64,000 bases of DNA from Octopus sinensis (lineage: Eukaryota): the NCBI RefSeq assembly GCF_006345805.1, contig NC_043001.1, positions 78,430,001 to 78,494,000 on the forward strand, in the 5' to 3' direction. The notes beneath the pieces were generated by a model. The model did no database searches. It had not been told where the DNA came from and saw only the letters and a list, made by a program, of their open reading frames with translations. Shown piece after piece: positions 51,845 to 64,000 of this stretch. The translations under genes were made by a program, and so were the position numbers. Each line of letters opens with the position of its first letter. Position 1 is the first letter of the stretch.

Positions 51845-54660
51845 ATAACCCCTAAAACACATCCAAACAGGAGCATCACCACCCAAACAAATAAATAATA
51901 TCCAGTTAAATAATAATCCAGAATATGGGGATAAAAATATATCCAGCAAAAATAGAAAATAAGAAAAAGGATCTGTCAGTCCTTATTGAAACTAGTAGTC
52001 AATCAACACTAAGCAACGAGAAGAGAAGAAAAATACTATGTAAATACAAAATTACAGAACAACTTATACCTGAGATAAAGGAACAGCTAAAATAATATAT
52101 CCTCACCAAAGCACAAAAGATCCGTCACTATGAGATACGCCAACGCTTCTTTGAACAAAGTAAGCCGTTCAACTCCAACCCCAAAAGATTCTACCAAGAA
52201 CTTGGGGAAATTAAAATAGAGATCGATGCAACACCAACAGCAGGAGTGGAAGAATTTTGGAAAGAAATATAGTCGGCGAAGGAACAACCTCAGCAAAGAT
52301 CAATCAAAATAACGAACACAGCACCTAAACGACTCTGGACCCCTATAACAACTGAAGAGGTCACCCAGGCACGGCACAAACTTAGCAACTTAAAGGCACC
52401 CGGGCACGACAAGATCCCAACTTCTGGTTGAAATAACTGACCGGAACACATACAAAGTTGGCTGAGAAATTTAGTGAAGTACTAGCAGAGCCAGAGACGA
52501 TACCTGAATGGCTCACGGAAAGGAAAACTATCCTAATTCCCAAATCCACTGAAACGGCAAACCCACAAAATTACAGACCGATAACTATCTCCCTTACTGC
52601 AATAATATCGCAGAGAATAAGGAAACATCCGGAAGAAAACAACCTGTTTCCAGAAGAGCAGATGGGATGCTGCAAGGGCTCATAAAGAGCTTGTAAAGAT
52701 CGGCTACAAATAATAAAGCCATAACTGAAGACAGCCGCTGAAGCAAGAAGGGTTTAAGTATGGGCTGGATCGATTACCGAAAGTCTTTTGATAGTATTCC
52801 CCACACATGGATCCTAGAAACACTAGCCATAAACAAGGTAGCACCAATAATCATAAAATATATAAAACTTTCCATGAATATATGGCAGACAGTGCTGCAG
52901 CTCCAGACAATAGAGGGACTCATAAAAACCAAAGCCATCCCTATTAGAAGGGGAATATTCCAGGGAGACACGCTATCTCCACTTATTTTCTGCTTGGGAC
53001 TCACACCTTTATCTGGCATGTTAAACAGAACTGAATGTGGATACAATTGTTACGGCAAAGCAATTAGCCACATCTTATATATGGATTATCTAAAATGTAC
53101 GCTACAAATGATACACATCTGGAAACATTACTTCAGACAGTACGTGGATTTACCAAAGAAGTAAACATAAAATTTGGCTTTGAAAAATATGTCAAAGCAA
53201 CCTTGAAAACAGGAAAACTATTTTAGAGTAGCAATATCACACTAGAGAAAGCAAATGAAATAAGAGAATTAGACCAAAGCCAGACATACAAGTACTTAGA
53301 AATCAATGTACTAGATATGATACAGCGCACACAAATGAAAGGGAAGATAAGAAAGGAATACTATAGACGAGTCAGATTAATACTGAAAACAGAACTCAAT
53401 ACAAAAAAGCAAGATAATAGGTATCAACATTGTAGCCGTACCAGGTATAAGATAGAGCTACAATATTCTTAACTGGTCTCTAAATGAACTATTCAAAATA
53501 GACTGGAAAACAAGAAAAATAATGCCGGGGTTTAGGATGCACCACCCAAAATCTGACAAAGAAAGGTTATGCATACAACATATCGAGTGGTAGAGGACTT
53601 ATGCAGCCAGCAAACTATTACAAAATAACCACCATAGGACTACATAAATACCTACTTCAGAAGCATATGAAACTAATACAAATAGCCACAACACACGAAC
53701 AAAACAAAAACTACTTCCAATCTTTAAGGAAGTTGAAAAATTCAAAAAAGAAGTGATAGTAGCTAACAACTATGAAGAGAAAGAAGAAACAAAAAAAGCT
53801 GTAAAACAAATTAAATCCAAGTAAAACTGGAACAGCAACGGATCATGATAATACGATGGCGAGAAAAGCCTCTTCATTGCAAATACTGTGTTAAAATAAA
53901 CAGATAAGAAATTGACAAAACAAAATACCAACAATGGCTGCGAAGCTCAGGATTTAAAGCAGTGACTCAGGGACTTTTAATTGCAGCACAAGATCAAAGC
54001 CTTCCAACAAGAAGTTAATAAAACATGTAATGAAAAGAAATATAACAAGTAACTGCAGAATATGTGAAGATGGACAAGAAACAATAAATCATGCAGTCTC
54101 TGTCTGTCCAGTCCTGGCTAAGAAGGAATATATTCACAGACACAACAGGTTTGGGACCTACATACACTAGAAACTACGCCAACACTATGGAATAACAACA
54201 GATAAAAATTGTATAGGCACACGCCAGAAAAGATCATAGAAAATGAGAAAACAACAATACTGTGGAATATGCCAATACACACCTATAGAGAAATTAAGGC
54301 CAATAGGCCCGATCACCAAGAAGAAAAAAATGCTTTCTAATCGATGTATCAATACCAACAGATGACAATGTTTCTCTAAAAGACATAGAGAAACTTTCAG
54401 AACTCAAAGATATGGAAATAGAGATAACACGAGTGTAGAGTGAAGAAACAGAAATAATTCCTATCATAGTAAGCGTATTAGGTATAATAAAAAATATTCA
54501 GATAAATATCCAACAAAAACACCGGTACTAACAAGTATGTATAACATACAAAAAATAGAACTACTACACACTGTATATATCCTACAAACCACACTACTTG
54601 CCCAGGGCACACAGAGCTGCGCTCGGTAGTGCGGTGAAAGTACGTGATAAATATAAGATT
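51845..54660 (+). mobile_element. R4/Dong-clade non-LTR retrotransposon, ~2.8 kb, degraded RT + CCHC + REL
   Basis: PQNYRPIT, WIDYRKSFDSIPH, RRGIFQGDTLSPL and HILYMD RT motifs, then IAAQDQSLPTR and CRIC...ETINH. The 3' UTR ends in about 25 AAT units. Confidence 0.92.
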
Positions 54661-54661
54661 A

Positions 54662-54737
<76 letters not shown>

Positions 54738-54738
<1 letters not shown>

Positions 54739-55572
54739 GCAAACAAGCTGATGTCGACCAGAAACACACGCACCAATGGTTACGAAGCTCAGGGCTAAAA
54801 GCAGAGAGTGAAGGTTTCATATTAGCTGCTCAAGACCAAAGCTTATTAACCCGGAACTACCAAGCCAATGTGATAAAAAATGGTGCTGACCCAAAATGCC
54901 GATTCTGTAACGATGAGATTGAAACAATAGACCACCTAATCTCAGGATGTAGAGTCTTAGCCCCTGTAGAATATAAAGCAAGGCATGACAGAGTCGGTCA
55001 GTATTTACATTGGACAATATGTCGGCATTATAAAATCAAAACCGCTGACAAATGGTATAAACATCATTCTGAAGCTGTGACTGAGGGAGAAAATGTGTCG
55101 ATGCTATGGGACTTCCCCGTGCAGACCTATAAGACTATAAAAGCTAATAAACCGGATATTATTATAAAAGATCAGACAAAAAGGATGTGTTTATTAGTTG
55201 AAATGAGTATTCCCTGTGATCACAATATATCGGGTGGCATCTCAAGGCGACTACAGTACCAGTGATTGTAGGATCTCTAGGAATGATAAAAAAAGGTACT
55301 GAAACCTATTTGAAAATGATTCCAGGCTTACCATCCCTACAGGGAGTGCAAAAAATCGTATTAACTGGAACGGCTCATGTACTGAGAAGAGCACCATCGC
55401 TGTGAAAATAACATCCATCCATGAATTTATTTATTTATTAATTTTTAAATATATATTTTATCTGTGAATTTGCGCGTGTAATCTGGGAATGCATACAATG
55501 CCCTTCTCTGCCCTAGGTGCACGGAAAACACTCGGCGAGAAACGGAAGAAAATTTGAAGAAAGAAGGAAAAA
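54738..55572 (+). mobile_element. Second, distinct R4/Dong 3' fragment
   Basis: ORF 54870-55265 KNGADPKCRFCNDEIETIDHLISGC...RHDRV...NKPDIII...LVEMSIP. It starts right after (AAT)n, has its own 3' UTR, and is followed by (AAT)n. Confidence 0.92.
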
Positions 55573-55594
55573 ATATAATAATAATAATAATATG

Positions 55595-55712
55595 GCTTAC
55601 GGCCATATCACGTTGAAAGCACCGGTTCTCGTCCGATCACCGAAGTTAAGCAACGTCGAGCCTAGTTAGTGCTTAGATGGGTGACCGCTTGGGAAACCTA
55701 GGTGCTGTAAGC
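55595..55712 (+). rRNA. RNA5S: 5S rRNA gene or retrocopy, full length, dispersed
   Basis: GCTTACGGCCATATCACGTTGAAAGCACCGGTTCTCGTCCGATCACCGAAGTTAAGC...GATGGGTGACCGC...GGTGCTGTAAGC. The 9-bp terminal helix pairs, CCTAG/CTAGG pairs, and it is 118 nt (GGGAAACC lacks the usual T). Confidence 0.93.
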
Positions 55713-55720
55713 GTCACACA

Positions 55721-55725
55721 TTTTT
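55721..55725 (+). terminator. Pol III T5 terminator after 5S
   Basis: TTTTT begins 9 nt downstream of the mature 5S end. Confidence 0.6.
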
Positions 55726-55729
55726 GTAA

Positions 55730-56105
55730 GCGCAGGAGTGGCTGCGTGGTTCCGGGTTCAGTCCCACTGCGTGGCACCTTGGGCAAGTGTCTTCTGTTAT
55801 AGCCTCGGGCCGACCAAAGCCTTGTGAGTGGATTTGGTAGACGGACACTGAATGAAGACCGTCGTATATATATATATCTATATGTATATACATGTATGTG
55901 CTTGTTGTTTGTGTCTCTGTTTGTTCCCCCACCATCGCTTGACAACCGATGCTGGTGTGTCTACAGCCCCCACACTTAGCGGTTCGGCAAAAATAGACCG
56001 ATAGAATAAGTACTAGGCTTACAAAGAATAAGTCCTGGGGACGATTTTATTCGACTAAAGGTGATGTTCCAGTATGACCGGAATCAAATGACTGAAACAA
56101 GTAAA

Positions 56106-56109
<4 letters not shown>
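55730..56109 (+). mobile_element. SINE family A with short internal deletion in the head
   Basis: GCGCAGGAGTGGCTGCG^TGGTTCCGGGTTCAGTCCC lacks the GTAAGTAGCTTGC...CCACA segment of other copies. The tail runs into (AAT)n. Confidence 0.9.
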
Positions 56110-56176
<67 letters not shown>

Positions 56177-56177
<1 letters not shown>

Positions 56178-56372
56178 GTTTCAAATTTTGTCACAAGGGC
56201 ACAAAAATTTGAGGAGGGGACTAGTTTCACTTGTACGTAATTTATCGACTTCAAAGGGATGAAAAACAAAGTCGGCTTCATCGGGTTTTGAACTCAGATC
56301 CTAGTTGCAGACAAAACAGCGTTAAGCATTTCACCCGGTATGCTAACGAACCTGCTAGCTCACCACCTTTTG
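56177..56372 (-). mobile_element. SINE family D
   Basis: Reverse complement of AAGG(T/C)GG(T/C)GAGCT...GAGTTCAAAA...GCCGACTTTG...TTGTGACAAAATTTGAAACC. Confidence 0.75.
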
Positions 56373-57080
56373 ATAAGAATAATAATGAGGAGTAAGAGGA
56401 GGAGGAGAAGGCAGATTAGGACGATGACGATAATGATGAGGATGATGATGTTATGACGTCGACGACAACGACGACTCTTTCCCATGCACAATGCACTGTT
56501 GTACATCAAGAAACTCCCTTTGTTTCTTCTAAGTCTGTAATACGCAATTAGGGGGATATTTAGTTGCTGGAAATAGCAGAAATGAGCAATGAACAAATAC
56601 ACTGGCACTCTTGTCGGCTTGTTAATGTTCTCTTTGTTCTCGATCTACATTTTTCTGTTGGCTACTTTACATAGAATTACTAGAGTCATTTCTACAGTTG
56701 TTATTCAAAAACACATGTACCAGTGTGAAACTAACAGGATATAACTAAAATGACCAACCGAAACTCTAAATGTGAAACCGACCGCTCAGATAATCGTCAT
56801 AAGAAAAGGGTGTGGAGAAACGAAAAATATTCTATTGAACAATTTGATCAACCAATGGAAGTTGGTGCAATAGATACAGACAATCAACTTAGTTAAATTT
56901 CTGATTCAAATTTCTTATCACCCATTGGTTTAGATTTAGGAAGCATTGTTGTAATTGTATAGCTTTTGTGTGAAGAAAAATAATGTAACAACCTACCTAC
57001 ATATATCACAATACATACATTACTATTGTCTGTCTGGTTGTGTATCTCTCTACATGTTTCCCTCTTTATGCATGTATATA

Positions 57081-57121
<41 letters not shown>

Positions 57122-57142
57122 TTATCTGTCTGTCTGTCTATC

Positions 57143-57173
<31 letters not shown>

Positions 57174-57415
57174 TTATCTATCTATCGATCTGTCTGTCCG
57201 CCTTCCTGTCCGTCTGTATATATAAATATATGTGTGTGTATGTGTATATTGTGTGTATATGTATATTGTATATACATATATGTGTGTGTATGTGTATATT
57301 GTGTGCATATATACACAGAACTATTTGGCTTCTAGCGTTTCTCTGTATAGAATTTTATCTCTCTCTCCCTCTCTCACTGTTGTCTCTCCGGCTATCTCTG
57401 CCCCCTCTCTCCATC

Positions 57416-57446
<31 letters not shown>

Positions 57447-58042
57447 CTCTATATATATATTTATCATCTGTATTTATATCTGTGTATGTATATATATCTC
57501 TCTCAGTTTCTCTCTTACTCTCCCTTTCTCTCTCTCTCACTCTCTCTCTCTCTCTCTCGCTCTCTCTCTCTCTGTCTCTGTGACTCTCATCCGTTCCCCT
57601 ATATATCTATATGTCAACATATCGATGTGTTTTTAGATCTTTCCGTCTATTTCTCTATTCATTTGTCTCCTCCTCTCTCATATACATCCACACTCTCTGT
57701 ATCATTGTTTGAATTTGTGAATATACCACACTTTCTTTTACGTTTCTATCGATCTTCTAATTTATTTAAATGTACACCCAGTTATCTAACTTCTTCAAAC
57801 CCACCCCAAAACATAGCCGTATATTCACGTTTATATCCAAATATAAGTAGCTGTCAAACAATGAGAGCGAATAATATAATTACTTCGATAAACCAAATTC
57901 TCTCTTTCTCTCTTTCTTTCTAACACAGCATTTTCTAGTGAATATAAAGAATATTTCATTGATATACGTATATGTATGTATGTATGTATGTATGTATCTA
58001 TGTATGTATGTATGTATGTATGTATGTGTATGTATGAATTCC

Positions 58043-58710
58043 ATTATTCAGTTTTATTTCAAGATTTCTTGCTAAGAGAAGAGCCGGTTTCTAACCTAGA
58101 TCCAAGGCTCCTTCATAGGAACTTCAACATCAACAAGCGGGTATATTTGTATGTATAGTTTTACGTACAGATTTATATGTTTTTCTATGTATGTATTCTC
58201 ATGCATATAGTTGCATATCTATACATGCTCATATATACTTAAATGATAAACTTCTGGAAAGTTTTACAGGTTCTTACAGTTCCATTGATGGCTTGGATCT
58301 GTAGTCTTCGAATCAACATTCTCAATTCTGGTTTTGAGAAGCTTAATTTCTCAAGATTGGTACTTTGGCATTGTGTTACATATCAAAGTGTCCCAATAAT
58401 TACAGACATAAACGTGAACTTGTAATCTGGACTGAGTAACTGTAGATTTCTCAATAGTTCAGTGTAGGTATTCTCTTTTTCACTTCCCTTTAGCTTTACG
58501 TTAACATCCGCTGGACAGCTGATTTCCACAACTGTACACAGTTTCTCTTCTCTATACGAAATCGTTATCAGGTCTATTGTGTTTACATTTTATTGAGATT
58601 TTCACTGAGACATTTCAATAGGACGTTCCACCACTACTCCTTTTTATTTTGAGTAGTTATGGCTTCTACTATACACTGAGTTCTTATTTCTTTGGTCTCG
58701 GTGTTATCCT
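58043..58710 (-). mobile_element. 3' fragment of a REL-endonuclease non-LTR retrotransposon (R4/NeSL-like)
   Basis: Minus translation KKE*WWN...CKHNRPD/REEKLCTVVEISCPADVNVKLK..EKENTYTELLRNLQLL...VIIGTL, then 3' UTR. (CATA)n lies on both sides. Confidence 0.85.
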
Positions 58711-59052
58711 ATGTATGTATTTATGCATGTATCTATGTATTATGTATTTATGTATGTATGTATCTTCTATTTTCATTATAAATCTTCCACTGAGGAGGGA
58801 ATGTATATATGAATGTAAGCGCCGGGCCATAGAAATACTCGGATTGGTGTTTGAGGGCGCAGTAAACGTACTGGGAGTGAGAGACTCATGGTTTTTGTGA
58901 TTGCATCCTCCTAGCAGAAAGCTAACACATATGTAAAACCTGCTCCTCCATTGAGCCGTATATCTTGTACTTCACGAGTTTCTGGGGTTTTTGATGGTCT
59001 TTGTAGTTTGTGCAAGCCGCGCTCATGCACAGGTATTACTTAGCACGTCTGT

Positions 59053-59412
59053 CATTATTCAGTTTTATTTCAAGATTCCGGTCCCCCCACCAAAAGAGCC
59101 GCTTTCTAAACTGGATCCAAGATTCCTACTTTGGAACAAATTCCTACATGAACAAAGTATTTTCGTTTCGCATTTTTGTGTGTATGTGTGCAGTTTGAGG
59201 AGTCAGTGCATGCGTAGATTTTCATGTTTTGTTTTATGTATGTATTCTCATGCATATAGCAGCATGTCCAGACATGCGCGTATATACTTGAATGATAAAC
59301 TTCTGGAAGGCATTACAAATGTATACAGTTCCATTGATGACTTGGAATCTGTAGCTTTCGAATCAGCTTTCTCGTTCTGGTTTTGTGGAGCCCGATTGCT
59401 CAAGACTGGTAC
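59053..59412 (-). mobile_element. Shorter 3' fragment of the same REL-LINE family
   Basis: Same CATTATTCAGTTTTATTTCAAGATT end and TAAATGATAAACTTCTGGAA body as 58043-58400. Confidence 0.85.
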
Positions 59413-60406
59413 TTATGTATGTATGTAATTATGTATGTATGTATGTATGTATGTATGTATGTATGTATGTATTTATTTATGTGTGTATGTGTCTGTATGT
59501 ATTTATGTGTGTGTGTCTGTATATTTACAGTTAGGTCAGGCTTCGTGCTACTGCCAATATATAACCCAGTACAATCTCTTGCACGGTCTGGCAGTGACGA
59601 CTAAACTGACACCCCAGTGAAAGAAGCTGGGTAAAGAGTGTGTATTTCGTTGGACACCCTGCAGCACTAAATACAAAGCCTGTCAAAGACGGAATAAATC
59701 ATCAAAGTCAAATGCCAAATGCCATTCAACAACCGAATAAGAGGCTCACCTAGTCTTTCTTTACATATCTCTCTAGAGACAGGAAATTCCAAAATAGAGA
59801 CCGCCTCATTGCAAAGCGGGAGGTTATGCTCTAGTTTGCATCTGGACTATTTTGCTTTACTAGCGAGAGTCTTAGCAAAGTTTTTTAAGGTGTTATTGAC
59901 TTCAAATTTCGGCACGGGAATTACCGACCACTATTCCTTTTAACCTCTGAGATCAGAAGATTTTTGAGAAAAGGTCATAATCGTCTAAGAATCAACAACC
60001 ATCATGTATCTATATATGTGTATGCATATATATATCATTGATCATAAACTATCTTGGTTTCCATTAGGTAGCTGATGACGGATATATATAAGGTTGACGC
60101 GCTTCTTGGTTGTATACGTTTTGTAACTCGGATTCTCATGGAGTTTCATTAAAATTCTAATTCTAGTAGGCTTAAGCTTATTCAGATTTTCTTGGCTTCT
60201 TGGTTTATGGTAGTTTTCTCGTTTATATTATAACATACGGTATTGCTTGAAGATCATTTATGGGGATTTTCATTCTGATAAGGGTAATACGTCTTTTTTT
60301 ATGGTTTCCTAGATTATTGAGGTTTTGTTGTGTATGTCTGTCTGTCTGTCTATCTAACTATACCTATCAATGTATATCAATATCAACACACACACACACA
60401 CCACAC

Positions 60407-60491
<85 letters not shown>

Positions 60492-60679
60492 TACATATGT
60501 GCATGTATATGCATACACACATACTCACAAGCACAAACACAGACACATCATGTATGTATATATACGTACATTGACACACGGACTCAAAGACACGCACACA
60601 AACAACACACACATATACACTCCTATATATAAGTATGTATATATATATATATATATATAAATATATATATATATACATG

Positions 60680-60690
60680 TATGTAGATAG

Positions 60691-60741
<51 letters not shown>

Positions 60742-60869
60742 ATAGACAGATAGACAGGTAGACATATAGATAGATATAGATAGATAGATAGACAGATAGA
60801 CAGATAGACAGACAGATAAATAGATAGATAGTTAGACAGACAGACAAACAGATAGATAGATAGATAGAC

Positions 60870-60952
<83 letters not shown>

Positions 60953-61040
60953 CAGATATACAGATAGACAGACAGATAGATAGATCGATAAATAGGTAGA
61001 TATATATAGATAGATCGATCGATAGATAGATAGATAGATA
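60680..61040. repeat. (GATA/GACA)n microsatellite
   Basis: Long tetranucleotide tract. Confidence 0.95.
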
Positions 61041-61424
61041 TGATGGACTCCAATAAACTAAACTGTCTTTGTTAGTCATAACGCTTACGGCGATGCGACA
61101 ACTAAGCTCAGCCAACGATTTGCAAAGAGGCTCGCAGATGTCACAAGTATTAAGATTATGGGTCAGTTCGAGCGGTATATTTGTAGCCGCTAATATATTT
61201 GACATGAACACCTAAACGTGGCACGACAAATACCATTGTGTTCGCTCCAAGTTTGTTTGCTCAAAGGTATTGTGAGTTATATATATATATGTGGATGTTT
61301 GCGTGTGTGTGTATATATATATATATGTCCACAGTTCAACTTTCCGATCATGTAGAATTAAGTTCGCAAGTCCTTAGATGCAATCCTGTGTAAATCCATG
61401 TAGGTTAATGTCCTAATATACATT

Positions 61425-61660
61425 ATTTACGTTATTTACATTTGACGGATATTTGTCCTCTCCTTGTTTATTGTAATTATCTTGTCATTAATTATGTCTG
61501 CAATAATAATAATAATAATAATAACAATAACATCGAAAAATACGTTCGAAATTTCCCCAAGACACCTGCTGAAGGTTGGAGGGTATATCAGCCGAAACTT
61601 TGAGTTAACAACAAAAAAAATGAGAACAAATATCTGTCAAATGTAAATATTGTAAATAAC
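61425..61660 (+). mobile_element. Penelope-like element with inverted termini and degenerate hammerhead (61561-61606)
   Basis: TATTTACATTTGACGGATATTTGTCCTC vs GAGAACAAATATCTGTCAAATGTAAATA flank GACAC-CUGCUGA-A-GGUUG[..]CAGCC-GAAAC. Confidence 0.6.
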
Positions 61661-62261
61661 ATAGTTCCATATGGGGGAATCTACGTAGATACACTCATTA
61701 ATTTATTGTGGATAGGCGATTTTAAATATTTCAGTACACAGCATTTTTCATATTCACCTACCATATATTACTAAAACCGCAATAAAAAAGGGGAAACGTT
61801 TCGCCTATATTCCATAATTCAATCCCTAGTAGATAGGCATAAAATGTTTTCGAAATTATTTACAAATATTATCGTTATTTTTCCATTTGGCTTTGAGGGT
61901 CTTGTTCTTAAGCGTTCGTTTTTCTTATTTGTTTATTTCCATTAACTTTCATGTTACTAAAATTAGTTGAATTTTCATTCATATTTATCAGCTGTTAAGT
62001 ATTTTCTTCTATTCGTCCATACTTCTCCCACTCTCCACCAATCCATCCACATAGTCTGGCAGCGTGCATCTAGCCATTCAAACATACATATAAATATATC
62101 AGCAGTCTGGTGGATATGCATATCTCAATGTGTCTCTCTCCGTAATATAGCTAGTTAAGAAATTTAGAGGCCGAGTGATGCTGAAGATTTCTAAATAGAA
62201 TGAAATGGAACTATTCATTACTATCTCTAACACGAAATTGCACCTATTCCCAACAAGTATA

Positions 62262-62469
62262 ACGTGTGCTGAATCGAAAACAATTGCAGGGTGGAAGGTG
62301 TTTATAAGCCATTTAAAAACACACAAAAACAGTTCGATTTACTTCAACATTTAAACTTAATTTGTGTCAAAATATTTTCGAAGCTTTGAAACCGCGCCCC
62401 TGTTCATTGACAATACTTCATGCTGCATCTCATTTAAATGTCTTATAAACACCTTCCACGCTGCAATTG
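62262..62469. mobile_element. Deleted, diverged relative of the 20970 palindromic element
   Basis: Same CAATTGCAG-GTGGAAGGTGTTT termini. It shares the one-sided flank TTTTCG(A/T)TTCAGCACACG and has (TA)n on the other side. Confidence 0.85.
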
Positions 62470-63018
62470 TTATATATATTGTGTGTGTGTGTGCGCGTAT
62501 AAATGCTATGTGTTTCGGTTAAACCTCTCTTTTTCTCATCCTGTCTCACTGGCTACATTTCACTCTTCCACACCCATGTTTCTATTAGATTTGTCTACTG
62601 TGTTCTCTGTCTCTCACTCCTCATTCCTCTCTTTCCCTCTCTCACGCTATATGTATATACACGTTTATATATATATATACAGACATATAGAATATAAATA
62701 TCTATATGTATGCACCTGAAAGCACACACCCATGGTCACACATTCACGTATACTTTTGTGTGTATGTGTGTTATGTAAGGTTTTTACAGATACACACATA
62801 AATACATATATAGATAAGCATGAATATAAACGTATAGATATGTATATACATAATTATATAAGAAAATGTATGTGGATCTATGTAAAGATGTTTCGTATAC
62901 ATCTATCTATCTATTTATCTATCCTGTGTATATATGTATGTATGTATATATATATACATATGTATAATATATATATATATATATATACATAATATCCTAT
63001 ACAATGAATGTGTATATA

Positions 63019-63079
<61 letters not shown>

Positions 63080-63200
63080 CACACATAATTTATATATCTT
63101 TGCTATGCACTGAACCGGTGAACTTGGATGTTTAGCATCACTTTGAAGGATATAGGTCCTTATCTCTGCTATACATATATATATATATATATATATATAT

Positions 63201-63491
63201 GTCACGTCACGTGACCGACCAGACCATCAGATGTTGTTACACATCGCTGGTCACAATGAGTTCGCATTGTTTTAGCCTTCGAATGACGCCACCCCGCTGG
63301 TTAAGCGAGCAGGCCAACAGAGGAAAGAGTACGAGAAAGAGTGATAAAAGAGTACAGCAAGGATCACCCCCCCCCTGCCGGAGCCTCGTGGAGCTTTTAG
63401 ATGTTTTCGCTAAATAAACCACTCACAACGCCCGGACTGGAATCGAAACCGCGATCCTACGCGCGATCCGCTACCCTAACCACTGAGTCAT
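63201..63491 (-). mobile_element. SINE family C
   Basis: Reverse-complement homolog of 42085-42345. Confidence 0.85.
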
Positions 63492-63527
63492 ATATATAAT
63501 ATGTATATAATATATATTATATATATA

Positions 63528-63619
<92 letters not shown>

Positions 63620-63628
63620 TATACATAT

Positions 63629-63683
63629 ATGGCCCAGTGGTTAGGGTAGCGGACTCGCGGTCGTAGTGGATCGCGGTTTCGAT
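63629..63683 (+). mobile_element. SINE family C head only, inverted relative to 63201-63491
   Basis: ATGGCCCAGTGGTTAGGGTAGCGGACTCGCGGTCGTAG...CGCGGTTTCGAT. Confidence 0.75.
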
Positions 63684-64000
63684 ATATATATATATATATA
63701 CATATATGTATATATATATATTGTTGCGCGCGCGGTGTTCTATATAACAGTTTCACGTGTGTATATACAAACTATGGGCATTGGAGTATGACTAGCTTCT
63801 ACGAATAATTCCTAATTCGGTATCCACAGTTTATACACATATAGAGCTGTTATGTAGATTGATTTGGTTATATATATATAAATACATATATATTATATAT
63901 AATATATAAATATATATATATGTATATATATATCTATATATATATATATATATATATTACTATATATATATATACACATATATATATATATATGTATACA

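Noticed and set aside
59540-59990. Possible GIY-YIG remnant (DCTGLYIGSS on the minus strand)
   Set aside because: Only a short motif among stops; no second motif or RT nearby.
60072-60105. CTGATGA box resembling another hammerhead
   Set aside because: No pairable stem II or GAAA follows.

Overview
This is a eukaryotic, microsatellite-dense window with no recognisable host gene. The 5S rRNA sequence and the SINE families look like Octopus (coleoid cephalopod); that assignment is pattern recognition, not a database result. The long ORFs made of YI/CV/LSIY/HT are translated simple repeats. Real content: three full-length but disrupted copies of one mariner family plus older mariner/Tc1 remnants; non-autonomous Helitrons; a TTAA-flanked Kolobok-type MITE; fragments of four non-LTR lineages (R4/Dong, HERO-like, another REL-endonuclease LINE, CR1); many modular tRNA-derived SINEs; and one complete 5S rRNA copy fused to a SINE inside an (AAT)n tract that also holds two Dong elements. 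The most interesting signal is a set of minimal type-I hammerhead ribozyme motifs in several unrelated Penelope-like repeat ends. One has an intact canonical core (44557-44594), one has a compensatory U3-A8 core (45431-45472), and one G3-type core lies in a 274-bp palindrome whose only arm mismatch falls on that core. Also notable: a 24-bp minisatellite packed with POU octamer sites and several fold-back inversions. SINE labels A-D are my own working names. Most repeat boundaries are approximate.
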